A DNA stretch of 64,000 bases from the NCBI GenBank assembly GCA_016748015.1, contig JAAOMT010000594.1, positions 186,001 to 250,000 of the forward strand, in the 5' to 3' direction. Source of the DNA: Geosiphon pyriformis uo1 (Eukaryota; Fungi; Glomeromycota). This document shows, one piece after another, positions 24,151-38,476 of the stretch; within the stretch, counting starts at the first letter, position 1, and every line of letters starts with the position of its first letter. The notes under the pieces were generated by a model that was given only the letters and a program-made list of their open reading frames with translations, did no database searches and was not told the DNA's origin. The translations under genes were made by a program, and so were the position numbers.

Positions 24151-26440
24151 AGCATAAATTATACTTAATATAGAATTTTGTATGATTTTAAGTTCTTAGA
24201 TAGTAATTAAAAAATTAAAAAAAAAAAACCAGTTTTATTAAATAATTAATATAAATAAAATTTTTAATTATTTAAGTAATTAAAATTTAAGTTAAACAAA
24301 TTGTTTTAATTTTTAAATGTATTTTTTATTACTATTATTGTATATATATATTTTTAATTATTTTTAACATTTTTAAAATTTTTGGCATTCTTTAAAATTT
24401 TTAATATTTCTGAATTTTTTGGTACATTATTTTTTTAATTTTATTATTTAATTAATTAATATAATATATTATTATTATTAATTATTAATTATTTTTTCTA
24501 TTTTTTTAAAAATAATATTATTGGTCTATAAATAATATAATAAACATAATAATTTTTTAATTCTAAATTATTGGCTTAATTTAATAAAAAATATTATTAA
24601 CAAAATAAATTTTTTAGTTAAATAGTAGTTTTTTTATATATTTATATTAACAAATTAAATATTAATATATAAAATTGGTTATAGTTTTGGTATTTGATAA
24701 TTTAAATTGGTTTAATTTTTAAATATTTTATAAAGTAATTTATAACTATAATAATATATTAATTTTCATAAAAAATAATTAAAAAATTTTAACTAAATTA
24801 ATTCTAATTTTATTAAATAAATTTTTAATTGAAATTAGTTTTAATAACTTTGTTGTTTTTATTTTTTTTTCATTAACAAAAATTATAGTTTTTAACATAT
24901 TTAATAATATTTTTATATATTATTAATCAATAATACAAATTAATTATTTTTTTAATTATAACTTTTTTATAAAAGTATTTGATATAATTGATTTAAATAT
25001 TAATTAATTTAAAATTTAATGTTTTAATTTATATAGTTTGGGTTTTTAAAATGAAAATTAAATTTAATTATTTATATAGTTTGGGTTTTTAAAATGAAAA
25101 TTAAATTTAATTATTAGTTTATAAAAATTAATTTCTAAATTTATTAATAACTTAAAATCTGAAATTTTAGTATTTATTTTTAAAAAAATTTAATACTAAA
25201 ACTAAAAATAAATAAATATTAATTAATAAAAGTTTTATATTATTTAATAATAATAATAATATTGTTAATTATATTAAAATAGTTAATATTATTGTAATTA
25301 TATTAAATTGTATTAATTTTTTTAATTTGTAATTTAGATTTAATAATCTTAAATAATATAAATAATTCTATGATAATATTTGCAAATACAGATTTTTGGT
25401 CATTTTTATTAATAAAAATTTTTTTATTTAATTGAGTTAATTTTGTATTAATATTTATTATTTTATTTATAGCAAAATTAATAATTTAATTATAAGTGGC
25501 TTCTTATTTTACAGATTTAAAATTTTAGAGAAAAATAATAACAACTTGTAAATTAACAGAATAATAAAAATAACTTGTCATAAAATACTGTTTTTTTATT
25601 TTTTAATAAATTAATTTAAAATTTAAATAATAGTATAGTATTTTTTTTATTTAGTAAAAAATTTAAATAAATTATTTAAAATAAATAATAATAATAAATT
25701 TGTTATTTTATTTAATAATATTATTAATTTGGTTTTACAATTAAATAAACAATATATTTAAATTACAAAATTTTTTAAAAAAAGTAGTTTTAAAAACATT
25801 AAAATTTGTAAATCTTATAATAAAATGTTGGTATTATAAATTAACAGTTTTTATATAACTTAAAAAATATTTTAATTATTTACAATATTTGTTTTTTTAA
25901 CTTTAATAATATATAAATAAAATAATTAAAACAACTAATAAAAATAAACTGGTAAAATAAAATAACAAAAAAATATATTAATAGAATAGAATTTAAAACT
26001 AATAAAATAAAAATAACAAAAAAATATTAATATAATAAAATTTAAAACTTGTAATAAATTTATAATAATTAAAACAATTAGTTATTAAGCAATAATTAAT
26101 TTAAAAAGAAGTATTTTTCAAATAAAATTGTTATTTTTGTAAAATAAAGTATTTAATTTAATATAATTTAAAAGCAATAATAATAATTAATATAAATATT
26201 TTTAAAAATTTGAAGTCAATTATTATAATTTAATTGTTTATTTAAATTAAATATAGCTTTTAAAATAATAATAAAATTAATTTTTTGGTAATTTATTATT
26301 TATATTTATTAGTTAAATAACAGAATCTTAATTATCAAATGTAAAAAAGTTTTTTATTTTTTTTATTAATGTTTAATAAAAATAGATAAACAAATAAAAT
26401 TTATTTTTAAAACATTAAAACTAATGTTTTAATTTAAAAA
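24150..26440. repeat. Extremely AT-rich relic, with a 44-bp tandem duplication near 25025-25113
   Basis: Base composition; visible duplication of TTTATATAGTTTGGGTTTTTAAAATGAAAATT. Confidence 0.7.
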
Positions 26441-27259
26441 GGAACGCATTTAAATTTAAATCGACAATTAAATCAGCACATGTACAATTATTATGTACAT
26501 ATAATTATTTTTTGTAACAAAAAAAATAAAAATCGTTAAAAATGTTTATTGGTTTAAAATTATTTCTAATTTTTATGTACAAAGGAGTAACCCATTCGCA
26601 TTTAAAAATTCCTATTGAATGATTGCGAAAAATCAAAATATAAAAAGTGAATATATATAAGTGATCATTGTCATTTCTGCGAAAATAAGATATATCCCTA
26701 AATAATAGATTAGTTCTACTCCTTTATCTTTCTGTTTGGAATGAAATAATCATTTCTAACTTAACTCGAGAATTATGGTTTTTTAACAATTAAAGAGAAA
26801 AGCCATAAGCTAAGTCTATCTAACAAAGGACATTTAATTCTCGTAGCTGACGCCAAAAGTGAATTTTATTATATTTTTGGCCTCTTTGTTCTTTTTTCAA
26901 CCAAATTCAGGGAAACATTGTAAATAAAAATAAAATAAAAAAGGGGACAAGAATAAAAAAAAAGAAACAGCTCATTAACGGATAGGTGGCAAATCTGAGA
27001 TAAAAATAATACGTTACACAAGGAAATGCTTTGATTGGATGAGGTGCTTTTAATCGTCAAACTGAAAATAATGATATATATATGCTAATAATAATTAAAA
27101 TGTGAAGACGTGTCGTCATCGTCGTTGTTGTAGTAGGGTGGTGATGTTGATGGTGGTGGTGGTGGTGGTGGTATTCGAAAAAGGGAACCAAGAAATTGAC
27201 AAAACTGATGAAAAGTTTATTCGATTGGAATGAAAGGTCTCCTTCATTTTTAAAAAAGT

Positions 27260-29289
27260 CTAGCCCAAATTCCTGAATATTGCCAATCTCTTACCCCGAT
27301 TTTGACCAAGGATGGGTATTAGCTCGGATGGCGTGAAGCCGGTATTCATGATAACATTTCGTTGCCCACGCATATCAAAACCATTCACGGTCAAAGCATT
27401 TGGTCGTTCGGGTTTTTCGATTTGACGTGTGGTAGCGGATGTTGCACGTTTCCTAGAGGTTCGGTCAGCAGTAACATTGGAACTAATAATTGAAGCTGAA
27501 GACGTGCCCCGAATCTCGGAATGAAGATTTTTCTCATCAGAATCTACGACATCATTAAGAAGTGTATGCAAAAAAGGTGGAGTGTATCCGGGTTTGGTCT
27601 GAATGATAAAAGAATCTTGGTCATCTTCCTCATCGTCATCAGACTCATCATTATCATCGTATTCGTCATCACCAAGCTCACCATCCAGATCTCTCTTTTG
27701 GGTAGAGACAAAACTGCCAACACTTGGGGACAGGGCACAGGTGTTGTTCATGGCATCTTGAAAAGAGACGGATGGTGAAATCGCTTCAGGTGAGTAAGTA
27801 ACTTGACCAGAGAAATAGGCGTCGGTAAAGGCTCGAAGGGTTTCATTGTTACCCGACGACGACGACGACAATGATTTTGACTCTGGGACTAATAGTGCGG
27901 AGACAGGGGAATTTGAGGCAAAATCGCCATCGTTTTTGTATGTTCCGTATAAGCCAGGATCACTTTTAAACTTGCTCAACTCCTTTGCCTTGAGGTTAGA
28001 AGATGAATGAGTTTTTAGGGAATCTTTTGGACTATCAACGCTATTTCGACGCTTATTCATGAGGAGACGTTCTTTGTCGTTGTGGATAAAACAACATCGC
28101 TTTCCGTAGGGACAAGTTCCATTTTGCCAAAAAGTTTTACAGATCTCAGTCTTATACTTTGGATGATGTTGGACTTTGCGTAGTTCATTTTCGGCATGAG
28201 CAAATTGACATTTATTGCCATAACTGAAATGAGGAATGGAATGTATTAATAACGTGGATAATGATAACGATAAAACGTGGAAATAGTTTTATAAACAGAC
28301 GACACATACCGGCATGAACCTTTTTCTTCCCAATTACGACACATTTCCGTTTTGTACAAGGTAGCCTTCTTTTGTTCCTTCTCCATTTCTATGGTAATAG
28401 ATTTATCGGATTGATCAGATGGGGATTCGGACATGGTAGTGAGATCACTGTCACGACGAATCTTTTGGAGTCTTTGACCCACCATCTCCTCGGTAAGAAG
28501 AGGCGGAGGAGGGGGTTGTAGATCTATAATAGCGGGATTGATAGAATTACCAAGGAAAGAAACACGATTTTGCGGTACATTGTTGAATTGGTGTGAAGTG
28601 GCACGTAATTTGTTGATGAAGACTTTTTGTTTCGCCAACAAGGCCTCCGCAATATCATAACATTTCTCGGGGGAGTCATCAAAAAACTGGGATTGCTCGT
28701 TAAAGGACCAACCAGTTGCAGGTGTCGAACATCTTGAGGTCGCGGTAGAGTTTGAGGTAACAGTTGTAGGAGTAGTCAAATCCTCGACAGATGACCAAGC
28801 AGAAGGGGTGATTAAAGGTTTTGGAAATGTAGCACCATACAATTTATTTGATGAATCGTTGAGAGACAATTCTCCATCGACAGGATTTGAAAGTTCATCA
28901 AGATTCCTATTATGACGAGGAAGGTGATTAAAAGAACCACCACCATTCACCAAATGATCATAATATAGAGAACCAATAGAAGCATTTGAAGGGTTGGACG
29001 CGTAAAAATCAGCCTGAGGATCAGCACCACCAAATTCGATCAAAGATTTTATGGCAGTAGCACGTGGTTCCCAAGCTATACCAGTTTCAAATTTGCGGAT
29101 CGCATTATTCATGGTAATTGACCTTGCGACCGGCGCATAAACTTGTTGAGAGATTGATGTGTAAGAGTTAAATTTATTGGTTGCCGAGAGGTTGACAAGA
29201 CAACGACGTTGTTGTTGTTGTTGTTGTTGAAATTCTTCGAGGCGCGACGCCGAACGAAGAATATCTCCTTTACGAACCAAGGTTGACAT
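27260..29289 (-). CDS. Tristetraprolin/Cth2/Zfs1-family tandem CCCH zinc-finger mRNA-decay protein (exons 29289-28310, 28223-27260)
   Basis: [16 protein letters not shown]|YGNKCQFAH and [25 protein letters not shown] across GT-AG intron 28309-28224. C-terminal [10 protein letters not shown] resembles the NOT1-binding motif. Confidence 0.93.
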
Positions 29290-29869
29290 AATAATAATGT
29301 GAAATAAATTTCGTGAAAAAAATTTACAGTTTTTCAAAAAAAGATAAACAAAGGTAAGGAGAAGAGAGGAGACGAGAGGTTGGGAAGCAAACAAGTATAT
29401 GTATATATATATAGAAAATTTCCTGAGGCACAGTAGTCTGATAAACCGAAAAAAAATTTATATATATTGAAAATTTTTAGCGTGGACGCAGTTTTGAGTC
29501 ACACGGAATTCTATACCAGATTTTAAAGTTGAATCGTAAAGTTTTTGTCAAAAGGTAATAGGAAGAAGAAGAAAGACTAACTACCTGGTGGGAATATATG
29601 TGAATAATGTATTTTAAAAGAAGTTTGCAAGAGTGTATATATAAGTTAATAAATATATCAGAAATATTCCTGTTTCTTGTTTCGTTTTAGGCTTGACCAC
29701 CACGTTTATCAAAACTTTACGTGTCACTTTATTTGGTAAATTTTTATCGAGACACGTCGATAATAATAAAGTGTGTTTATTTTTTTTTTATTTTTTATTT
29801 TCCTAAACTGGGGAAAAGTGTGCAAAGGAAAAGACTATACAAAAAAGAGGTTTAAGCGCGTGAAAGAGT

Positions 29870-30025
29870 CGGGAGAGGAAGAAGGGAGGGAGAGGAGAGG
29901 GGAGGGGGGAGGGGAGGAAGGAGGAAGAGGGTAGAGAAAATATTTGGAACCAAGAAACAAAATAAGGCAACGAGTTTCTTCTAATATTTACAAAAAAAAG
30001 AAAAACACCTTCTTCGAATAGTGTG

Positions 30026-30080
<55 letters not shown>

Positions 30081-30852
30081 CGAGAAAGTGATTATTATTA
30101 TTTTTTTTTTTGGTGAAAGATATATAAAAAAAGAGGATTTTTGATAAATGGAATGTTGACAAGATACGTAATAATAGCGTAGGGGTTTTTAGTTTTTTTT
30201 AATTCTGATATGATGATGATAGTGACTATGACGACAATATGTCGGTTAAAAAAATTTGGTTCAAAAAAGTCTATTATTATTTATGAAATATGGAAATAAT
30301 ACGAGAAGATAAAAAAAAAATTTTATTTTTTCAGAAAAAAACGTGGAAATCACGTAAACTTGAAAACTTTTGATAAAGAAAGGGAATAAAGGGGGAGGGT
30401 AAAGAAAAAAGAAAATCAGACAAGGCGAAGTGAGAATGGAGAGAGATTTATAGGAAAACAAATTTAATTATTATTATTATTATTACTATTATAATTCGAG
30501 TAGTAATAGTAGTGGTGGTAGTAATAGTAATAGTAATAGTAATAGTAATAGTGGTGGTTGTTGTTGTTGTTGTTGTTGTTTTGTTTTGTTTGTTTTGTTT
30601 TGTTTTGTTTTGTTTTGTTTTGTTGTTATTTAACCTTTTGATCAAGAAAAAACCAAATAATGGGTGGCGTCTGTAGTTAAATCCATAAGTGGTAACCAAA
30701 GGCATGAAATCTTAAAAACTTTCTAGTATTAATGCTTGCTTTCTGGAACCTATTATAATAAGATCCCTGTTATTTCGAAAAAAATTAAGTAAACGTCAAA
30801 AAGATACTAGGGAAGAATGAATAGAATGAATGAATGAATGAATGAATCAATC

Positions 30853-30888
<36 letters not shown>

Positions 30889-30931
30889 TTTGAGAGTGAG
30901 AAAAAATAAAAATTTTCTCTCTGATCTAAAT

Positions 30932-30979
<48 letters not shown>

Positions 30980-31719
30980 NNNNNNNNNNNNNNNNNNNNT
31001 TTTGAAATTTCCAAAAAAAAATTAATATAATATAATATAATATAATATAATAAAAACTGTGAGGGTGTAACACTTGAAACATTTTCTTCTGTTTTTGATC
31101 TACCCATTCAATATCTATATGCAAGCAATAGATAATAAACAAACTTTATATTTATATTAAGGGTTTTTTTTTCACTTTCACTTTTACTTTTACTTTCTCT
31201 TGTATAACTATAATTCCGTTTTATTCACTTATATATATTTTTTATTTATTTATTTATTTATTTATTTTGAAGATTATAAGATCTGACACATCATGCATGT
31301 TTAATTTACGAACTTTTTTAAACTATTATTTTATACATGATTATTTTATACTATAATAAAAAGTTTTTTTTACGGTTTTTTCTAGTTAGTTAGTTAGAAT
31401 TTTTACTTACGATAAGGTGACCTGACCCTTGACCAGCATTGCATATTTTTCAAGCATCCATGTAAAAAAGCATAACGTATCAGAAATATTGTATGTTAGT
31501 TTTATTAGTTAACATTTATTATCAAGATTCAACATTAAGATTTTTGGTTATAAAATGGTGTTCAAAAAATAGTATTCGAGAATTTATAACAAGTTTTTTG
31601 AATGCTTTTAAAAAAAATAAATTTTGAATGTTAATTATTATTATTATTATTATTACTAAGTAACATTTTGTTTCTATTACATTTGTCAATAGAAATTTTT
31701 TCAGATCAAGTATTTGTTA

Positions 31720-31785
<66 letters not shown>

Positions 31786-32366
31786 GATTGTGATTAATTT
31801 CATTAATGTAAAAAAAAATTACAATATTTAAGTCAATCGTTAAATAGATCGACTGTTGATCCTAAAATACATAACACTATTGATAAATAGCAACGTGTTA
31901 AAATGCCAAAAGATTTAATTCCCGCTAAAGAGACAAAGTTCACACACATATTATCAATTACCATTTTGAATAATCCCTTGTCAAAAAATTGTACATTTAT
32001 TTATTTATTTATTTAATTGAAAAGAAAGAGGAAAGGAAAGGAAAGGAAAGAGAAGGAAAGGGAAGGGAAGGGTTAGGGGGGGGGGGGGTTGAAGTAATAA
32101 AGAATAAATAAAAAATTAAACAAGAATTAAACCGAATAAAAATGATCATCTCCGTTGGGGAACCTTAAATTGATCCCAGTGGTGCATATGAATTAGGATG
32201 GTGATTGGGTTATCTTATAGTTTTTTTTTGTTTTTTTACGCACGCGTTTTCTTTTAACTCGATTGTTAATTTTGATCGTGCTTTTAGGTATCTTTGTTAT
32301 TGTAATACCAACTAATTTACTTACTTGGCACTTGAACACACACACGCACACGCACACATACACACA

Positions 32367-32400
<34 letters not shown>

Positions 32401-33993
32401 GACAAATAGTAAATATGTTTTTATGGCTTATAAAAAATTAAGCCATTACAATTGTGAAACTTTTGAACACAAGAGAATAAAAATAAAAAAAATCTCCTTG
32501 ACCAGGGCCGCTATTTAGTAAAAAAAAAATTATCGTTTCACCGCATCACCCTCCATCATCATCATCATTGCATCAATCGAGATAAAATTGAAAATTGAAA
32601 AAAAAAAAAAAAGACTGGGAAATTTTTTTTTTTTTTAATTTTTACTTGGTTATGATAATGATTCGATTATAATCTTAAGGCAACAATATATTTAATGTTT
32701 ATTTTATATATATTTATTAATCATTATTAGCTAATAACTAGGAAATTTTTTTTTTTTCTTGAAAGAATAAACCTATTTATGGTACTTGAACACACACAAG
32801 ATCCTGGGTAAATATAAACAATTAAAAAACTTCTAAAAAAGATATTTCGCACATTCTTCTTGCAGATCTTTTGAGAAAAAGAATTAATCAAAATGAATGA
32901 ACGAAAATGAAATGAGAGCAAAGAGGATGAAAAAAGAAATTGAGTGAGTGGGTGTGTGTAAGTGAGTTAACGTATTTATTGGTTATAAAACATGAGATTC
33001 TGGACTTTTTTTTAATTTTTTAATTTTTTTATATCAAATATTATTTTGTGTTTGTTTCTACGTCAGGTGTTACTTATTAGTTAAATAGGGGAGGGGGGTT
33101 TTTTTATACTTTAATTCTTGTTATTGTTAATATTTGTAGTGATCATGAACACGATTGATTTTTAGTATTTTAGCATATTTTTTGATGGTTATTTTTTTAC
33201 TTATTTTAGTATGAATGACATGCTAAATATTTATATATATATATATATATATATTTATGTGTGTGTGTGTATATATATATAAATGTGTGCATATGTATCA
33301 TGTATCATGTACATTTATATATGTTGGAAAAAAAACAAACCCAAAATTATCCGATACAATTGCCCACCAAAAAAAGTACCCATGTTTAACAACAACGATA
33401 TTTTTTTACTTGGAAAAAAAAAACTTTTTTTTTTTTTTCATTCTCTCTCTTCCGGAATAATCCAAGAATTATTAACATGTACCGAGTATCATTTACAATT
33501 TTGGAAATCAATTTCAAAAAGTTTAATTCAATTGAAACTCTTTTTAAAATGCTTTTTAACCATAATTATTGTTGAAGTTACCAATTCTATCCTATTCTAT
33601 TTTTATTGTATTGTATTCTATTCTATCCCTGTGCTATCCTAATCTATCCTATCTTATCCTAACTTATCCTAACTTATCCTTTAAAAAAATAGTGGCTCAT
33701 GAAATCAACATAATATAATTTAAGCTTAATATTTTTCCCTTTAATTATTTATTATTGTTATTGTTATTGTTATTGTTATTGTTGTTGTTGTTGTTGTTGT
33801 GGTTTTTGTTATTCCTTCCTATTTACCTTTAATTTTGTTCTTGAATTCATATCAACGAAATAAAGAAATTTCCTTTGATGTCATATTAAGAATTAGTGTA
33901 CCAATCAAACAACTCATTTCAACCTTTGATTGATGCCAGGGGTAAGTTTCTTATTAATCCCTTGGCTATTATTATTATTATTATTACTACTAT

Positions 33994-34047
<54 letters not shown>

Positions 34048-34075
34048 TACTACCACTACTACTACTACTGCTTGA
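29870..34075. repeat. Microsatellite-dense upstream region: poly-A 30026-30079, (TAG/TTG/TTTTG)n ~30470-30625, (GAAT/GATT)n ~30815-30885, (ATT)n ~31720-31785, (CA/CATA)n ~32335-32400, (TAC)n ~33970-34068
   Basis: Directly visible simple repeats. Confidence 0.9.
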
Positions 34076-35438
34076 ATCTCGTTCGCTGTACATGCTGCAA
34101 AACTCAGCTGCCAAATTTCCAATTATGCGTGTAACTCGATAGAAAATTAGTTAATTCCAACAATTAGAAACGCCTTTCTAACCATAATTTATTTTTTTGC
34201 TTTTTGTTTTTTGCCATTTCCAGACAAATTTAGTTCCGTATCATCAAAAACCCTGAACAAAGGAAAAAAGCCTTTTTTTTTTTTTCGTCTTTTTTGGTCT
34301 TGGGGATTTTTCAATATTATTATTATCTAACGCCACTATGTAAAAATTAAAATTCTGTGGCTTTCTTTCTTTATTGTATTTTATTTTATTTTTATTTCTT
34401 TTTCTCGATTCGTTTTGGAAATAATGTTTAATCTTTCACATTCCTCCCACTGATTACCAGGAATGTTAAAGTCTGCGTTTTTTTTATTAGCGAGGACCGG
34501 ATTTTTTACTTCTTTCACCAGGTTTATCTTTATCAAATTCCATAGCACACCATTTGAAAGCATATGATATGTAAACCCACTTCCTTTAATCTCTTGGCTC
34601 TTTAAAAGTCTTACCAACCATTTTGCGATACCAAGAAGGACGTATACCCTTCCAGTTTAAGCCTAACTTGTGCCAGTTTTCGACCACCATGATTTTTTTC
34701 TGCATGGTATGCTCTTTTAACTCTTTCCTAATATTGGCTCTTTTACCTCTTTCTCGGGTTTGCAACATTCATCAATTTCTTTCGTAAAGTTCACTTGCGT
34801 TAGCTCCAATAATTAATTCTTGAGTCATCACTCCTTTGTTACATTAATTATAACAAAAGCTTCCATGTCAATGGAAACTATTTGGAAAAGAATTGATATT
34901 TTTATTCCGAGAATAAAAGCTCTTTTACCACCATCCTGAAATGCCAATGGCCAGTATAATTAAAAATTGGTTTTTTATTCATATATCTTTTGAAGTCATT
35001 CTTAACTAATTAACAAAGAATATTTTTAAAGCTTGAACCACTAACATTGTAAATTAAAAATTTTTTTCATTGAATAATTTTATTTTATTTTATTTTATTT
35101 TAAAATTTGGTATAATGAAATTTAATTATAAAAATTAAAAACTTATAAATAAATTTTATATTACCAAGGATCAAAAAAATTTTTTATATTTTACTGTGTT
35201 AGTTTTTTTTTTTCTTTTTCAACAAAACTTATGTTTTTTATTTTTCATTATTCATTATTCATTATTTAGTATTTAGTATTTATTATTTAGTATTTATTAT
35301 TTATTATTTAGTATTTATTATTTATTATTTATTATTTATTATTTATTATTTACCAAACCAAAATTTTTTAATTATCATGGGTAAATAACAAAAAATTTTC
35401 TTTCAACCGATTAAATTCAGTCAGGTGTTATAAAATAA

Positions 35439-35472
<34 letters not shown>

Positions 35473-36309
35473 ATAATCAAAATAATAAATAAAATTACCT
35501 TTTCTTTTTAGTTCTCAAACTACCCTCTTATTTTGTTCATTTTTGTCCCAAATTTTTTGTAAATCTTTCTTGTTTTTGGTAAGGTACTGTTTACATAAAT
35601 AAAAACTTTTTTTCCTCAAAATAATTGTGTGTTTGCAAAAACTATTGATTGCGTATAAGACGTTTCTCCAATTATGTCAAAATTAAATTATTTAATAGGA
35701 ATTCAATCTTGTCGAAAAACTTGATTGATTTCTTAGAACTATTCCCGCCCGAAATGTAAAGAACCATTCAATTCAATTGTCTTGACACACAGTTGGCAAA
35801 CTTGTTAATCCGAAAAAAAAAATATTTATTATTATGTAACAATTTTAATGTCATGTTAATTCTGGGTTGACGCCATATCCTAGTTATTATCCTGAAACCT
35901 CGGATACGATTTTAAGGGCGCCCTTGTAAAACTAGCACGTTTTTTTCTTCCCAAAATGGTTTGTTCCAACAAACACTTCTTTTCCAAATCTGCCATGTAT
36001 CAAAGTTAGATCTTCCAAACTTTTCCGAATATATTTATTAGTTTCTCAAGTCAAAAACTAATTTGGGAACTTTGCTGGTTTACATCCTACTATGCATAGC
36101 GTTTGATGCATCCCAGAGAACCAAAATTTAGTAAGCCTAGTGCAAAAAATTTTGTGCCTTATTTTTCAATGTAAAATGTTTCGCTAATGAAAAAAAGGAA
36201 ATCCTGGTGTCAAAAAAGAACTCAGAGATCATCTGGAGCTAATCATTTAACACTTTAAACCTCATTAATTAAAAATTTCGACAAAGTAAATTAGTTATTC
36301 AGATGAACT

Positions 36310-38208
36310 TTATTTTGAGGTATCACTGGTGCTTGAAGTTGAGGGCTCCATATTCGAATTCTGGTGATTCCTCACATTTTGATAAATGCTTAAAGCCTTA
36401 TTAATAAAAAAAAAGAATATTTGAATAAAGATCCCAAGGTAAATTAATGTGTCGATCAGTATATAAACAAGTAAATTTTCTGATTGGAACGTAAATAAAA
36501 TGGAGTAATTTATACCTGAGCAATCATTGATCCAGCATCACTCGTTGAAGCAGGCACAATAATAGAGGTTCCTTGCTTCGCAAGTTGACCAAAAGCGTCT
36601 ACATATTTCTCGGCAATTGTAAGACTAACAGCATCTATGCCACTAGAACTTTGACTTATTGACTCAGCGATACGGCGGATTCCTTGAGCGGTGGCTGAAG
36701 CGCGTAAAATTATGGCTTGAGCCTCACCTATAAGCCAGATCAGGGATTTCTCAAAATCATCAAAAATTTCAAGGAAAATCTCAAGTTATGGCTTATTGAA
36801 TAATTAAATACCTGAGGCTCTATTTACTTGTTCAGACTTCACGGCTTCTGAAGCTAGAATAACAGACTGTTTTGAACCTTCGGCTACATTGATAGCAGCT
36901 TGACGTTGACCTGTTAAGTAGAAATGCTCGAAATTAATGATTGATCTGGGAGCTTCAAATAAATTTTCAATTCTCAATGAAATCACCTTCAGATTCGAGA
37001 ATAGAGGCTCTTTTTGATCTTTCCGCAGATACTTGTTGGTGCATAGATTCTACCACCTTCGCGGGCGGATGGATATCCCCTTTTAAAAGAAAATTAATCA
37101 GTCGACTTGCTAACCTTCAGACCTCCAACACTTAATTATTATATACAAACGGATTTCATATCGTAAGCATCGTATTCCCCAAGCTTCTGCAGCACTATTA
37201 ATCGCTTCAACAATATTAGCATTCAAAAGTGCACGCTCTGCCAATGTTCTATCTAATGTCATCTGACCAATCTCCGCACGCATGGTTGTCTGCGCAAGTT
37301 GAGCAACAGCATACTCGGCATCCTCGACCCCGTATGATGCCTTAAATAAAATCAGAATATCCGAACGTGGATGAAAAATCCTATTTCGGAAAATTTCCCA
37401 CAGCTAAAGCTTAGTGAATACCTTATATGGGTCAACAACTTTTATGTACAATACACCATCCAATTCCAGAGTCACATTATCTGTCAACAAAATCAGAATC
37501 AATAAGTTAATAAAGAAAATAAAATATCCAAGAATTGGATTATCCAACGGGTTTTAAGTGTTTTTATCAGATTTAAACCTTGAGTGATGGCACTTTGTGC
37601 TGGTATATTCAAGCAAATTTCTTTCAAACTTTTTACGTATCTAATTCGATCAACAATCGGTATCACAATAGCGAGACCTGGCTGTAATAAACGGTGAAAC
37701 TAGGAGGAAAATCTGCCATTTGAATTTGATTCTCTTTTAGATATTGAATTCCTCATTGATAGTGAGAAAATTCACCTTTCCAAAACGTTCTACGATCCAT
37801 GCTTCTTGTTGTGGAACAAAGTTGATGATCTAATTTTAAAAAATTTAAAATTAAAATCAAATTTTGACTTATAACCCTAAACATAGAGATAGAGGACCGC
37901 AGTATTACAGTGTTCCGTGGTAGCTTTTTTTGTGAGCGGAATTCATTAAGCGAGTATTCGTCACCTGGGTTGCCGTAAGTCGCAGCATATTGTGTGAACG
38001 CGACCCGGGGTGAAGTAAAAAATAAGCGATAACTAACCTTAAGGTTGGTGAGAAAAAAATGTTAGAAAGAAAGGCAAGCGGGAAAAACTCGTGACATAAA
38101 GTTTACTCTGTTAAATCTTGAATATCCGTGTGAAAATAAAGAGGGTTTTGAAGATTTAAGGATGGGGTTTGCTGTTAAAAAGCGTATTGTCTGTCTTGTT
38201 GCTGCCAT
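36310..38208 (-). CDS. Stomatin-like protein 2 (SPFH/band-7, mitochondrial), multi-exon
   Basis: Spliced exons give [84 protein letters not shown] and [13 protein letters not shown]. Arg/Ser-rich N-terminus resembles a presequence. Confidence 0.93.
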
Positions 38209-38476
38209 TTTTTAGCTGGGACGCACTTAATTACAGATCAGTGGCGCGAATTCAATTTTTTCTGAACTGCTCCATTTCCTTGACGTCATGACAAATTGAT
38301 TTTCGTGATTGCAAAAAAATTTTTTTCAATAAATCGAGGTCAGATGAAAGTTAACTTTGGGTCATTCCCAATATTCAATTATACAGTTCGGTTACATTAG
38401 GTTAAAAAATAAGTATGATCTAATCTCTCTAAATAGTATTAATGATTAAATTTAACTATACTGCAACAAGATTTTC

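Noticed and set aside
29803-34142. Poly-F/K/T/L/V/S ORFs
   Set aside because: Translations of microsatellites.
36315-36375. TTCGAAT tRNA-like motif
   Set aside because: It is the last coding exon of the stomatin-like gene on the minus strand; no cloverleaf.
38281-38288. TGACGTCA CRE-like site upstream of the stomatin-like gene
   Set aside because: A single short motif without supporting evidence.
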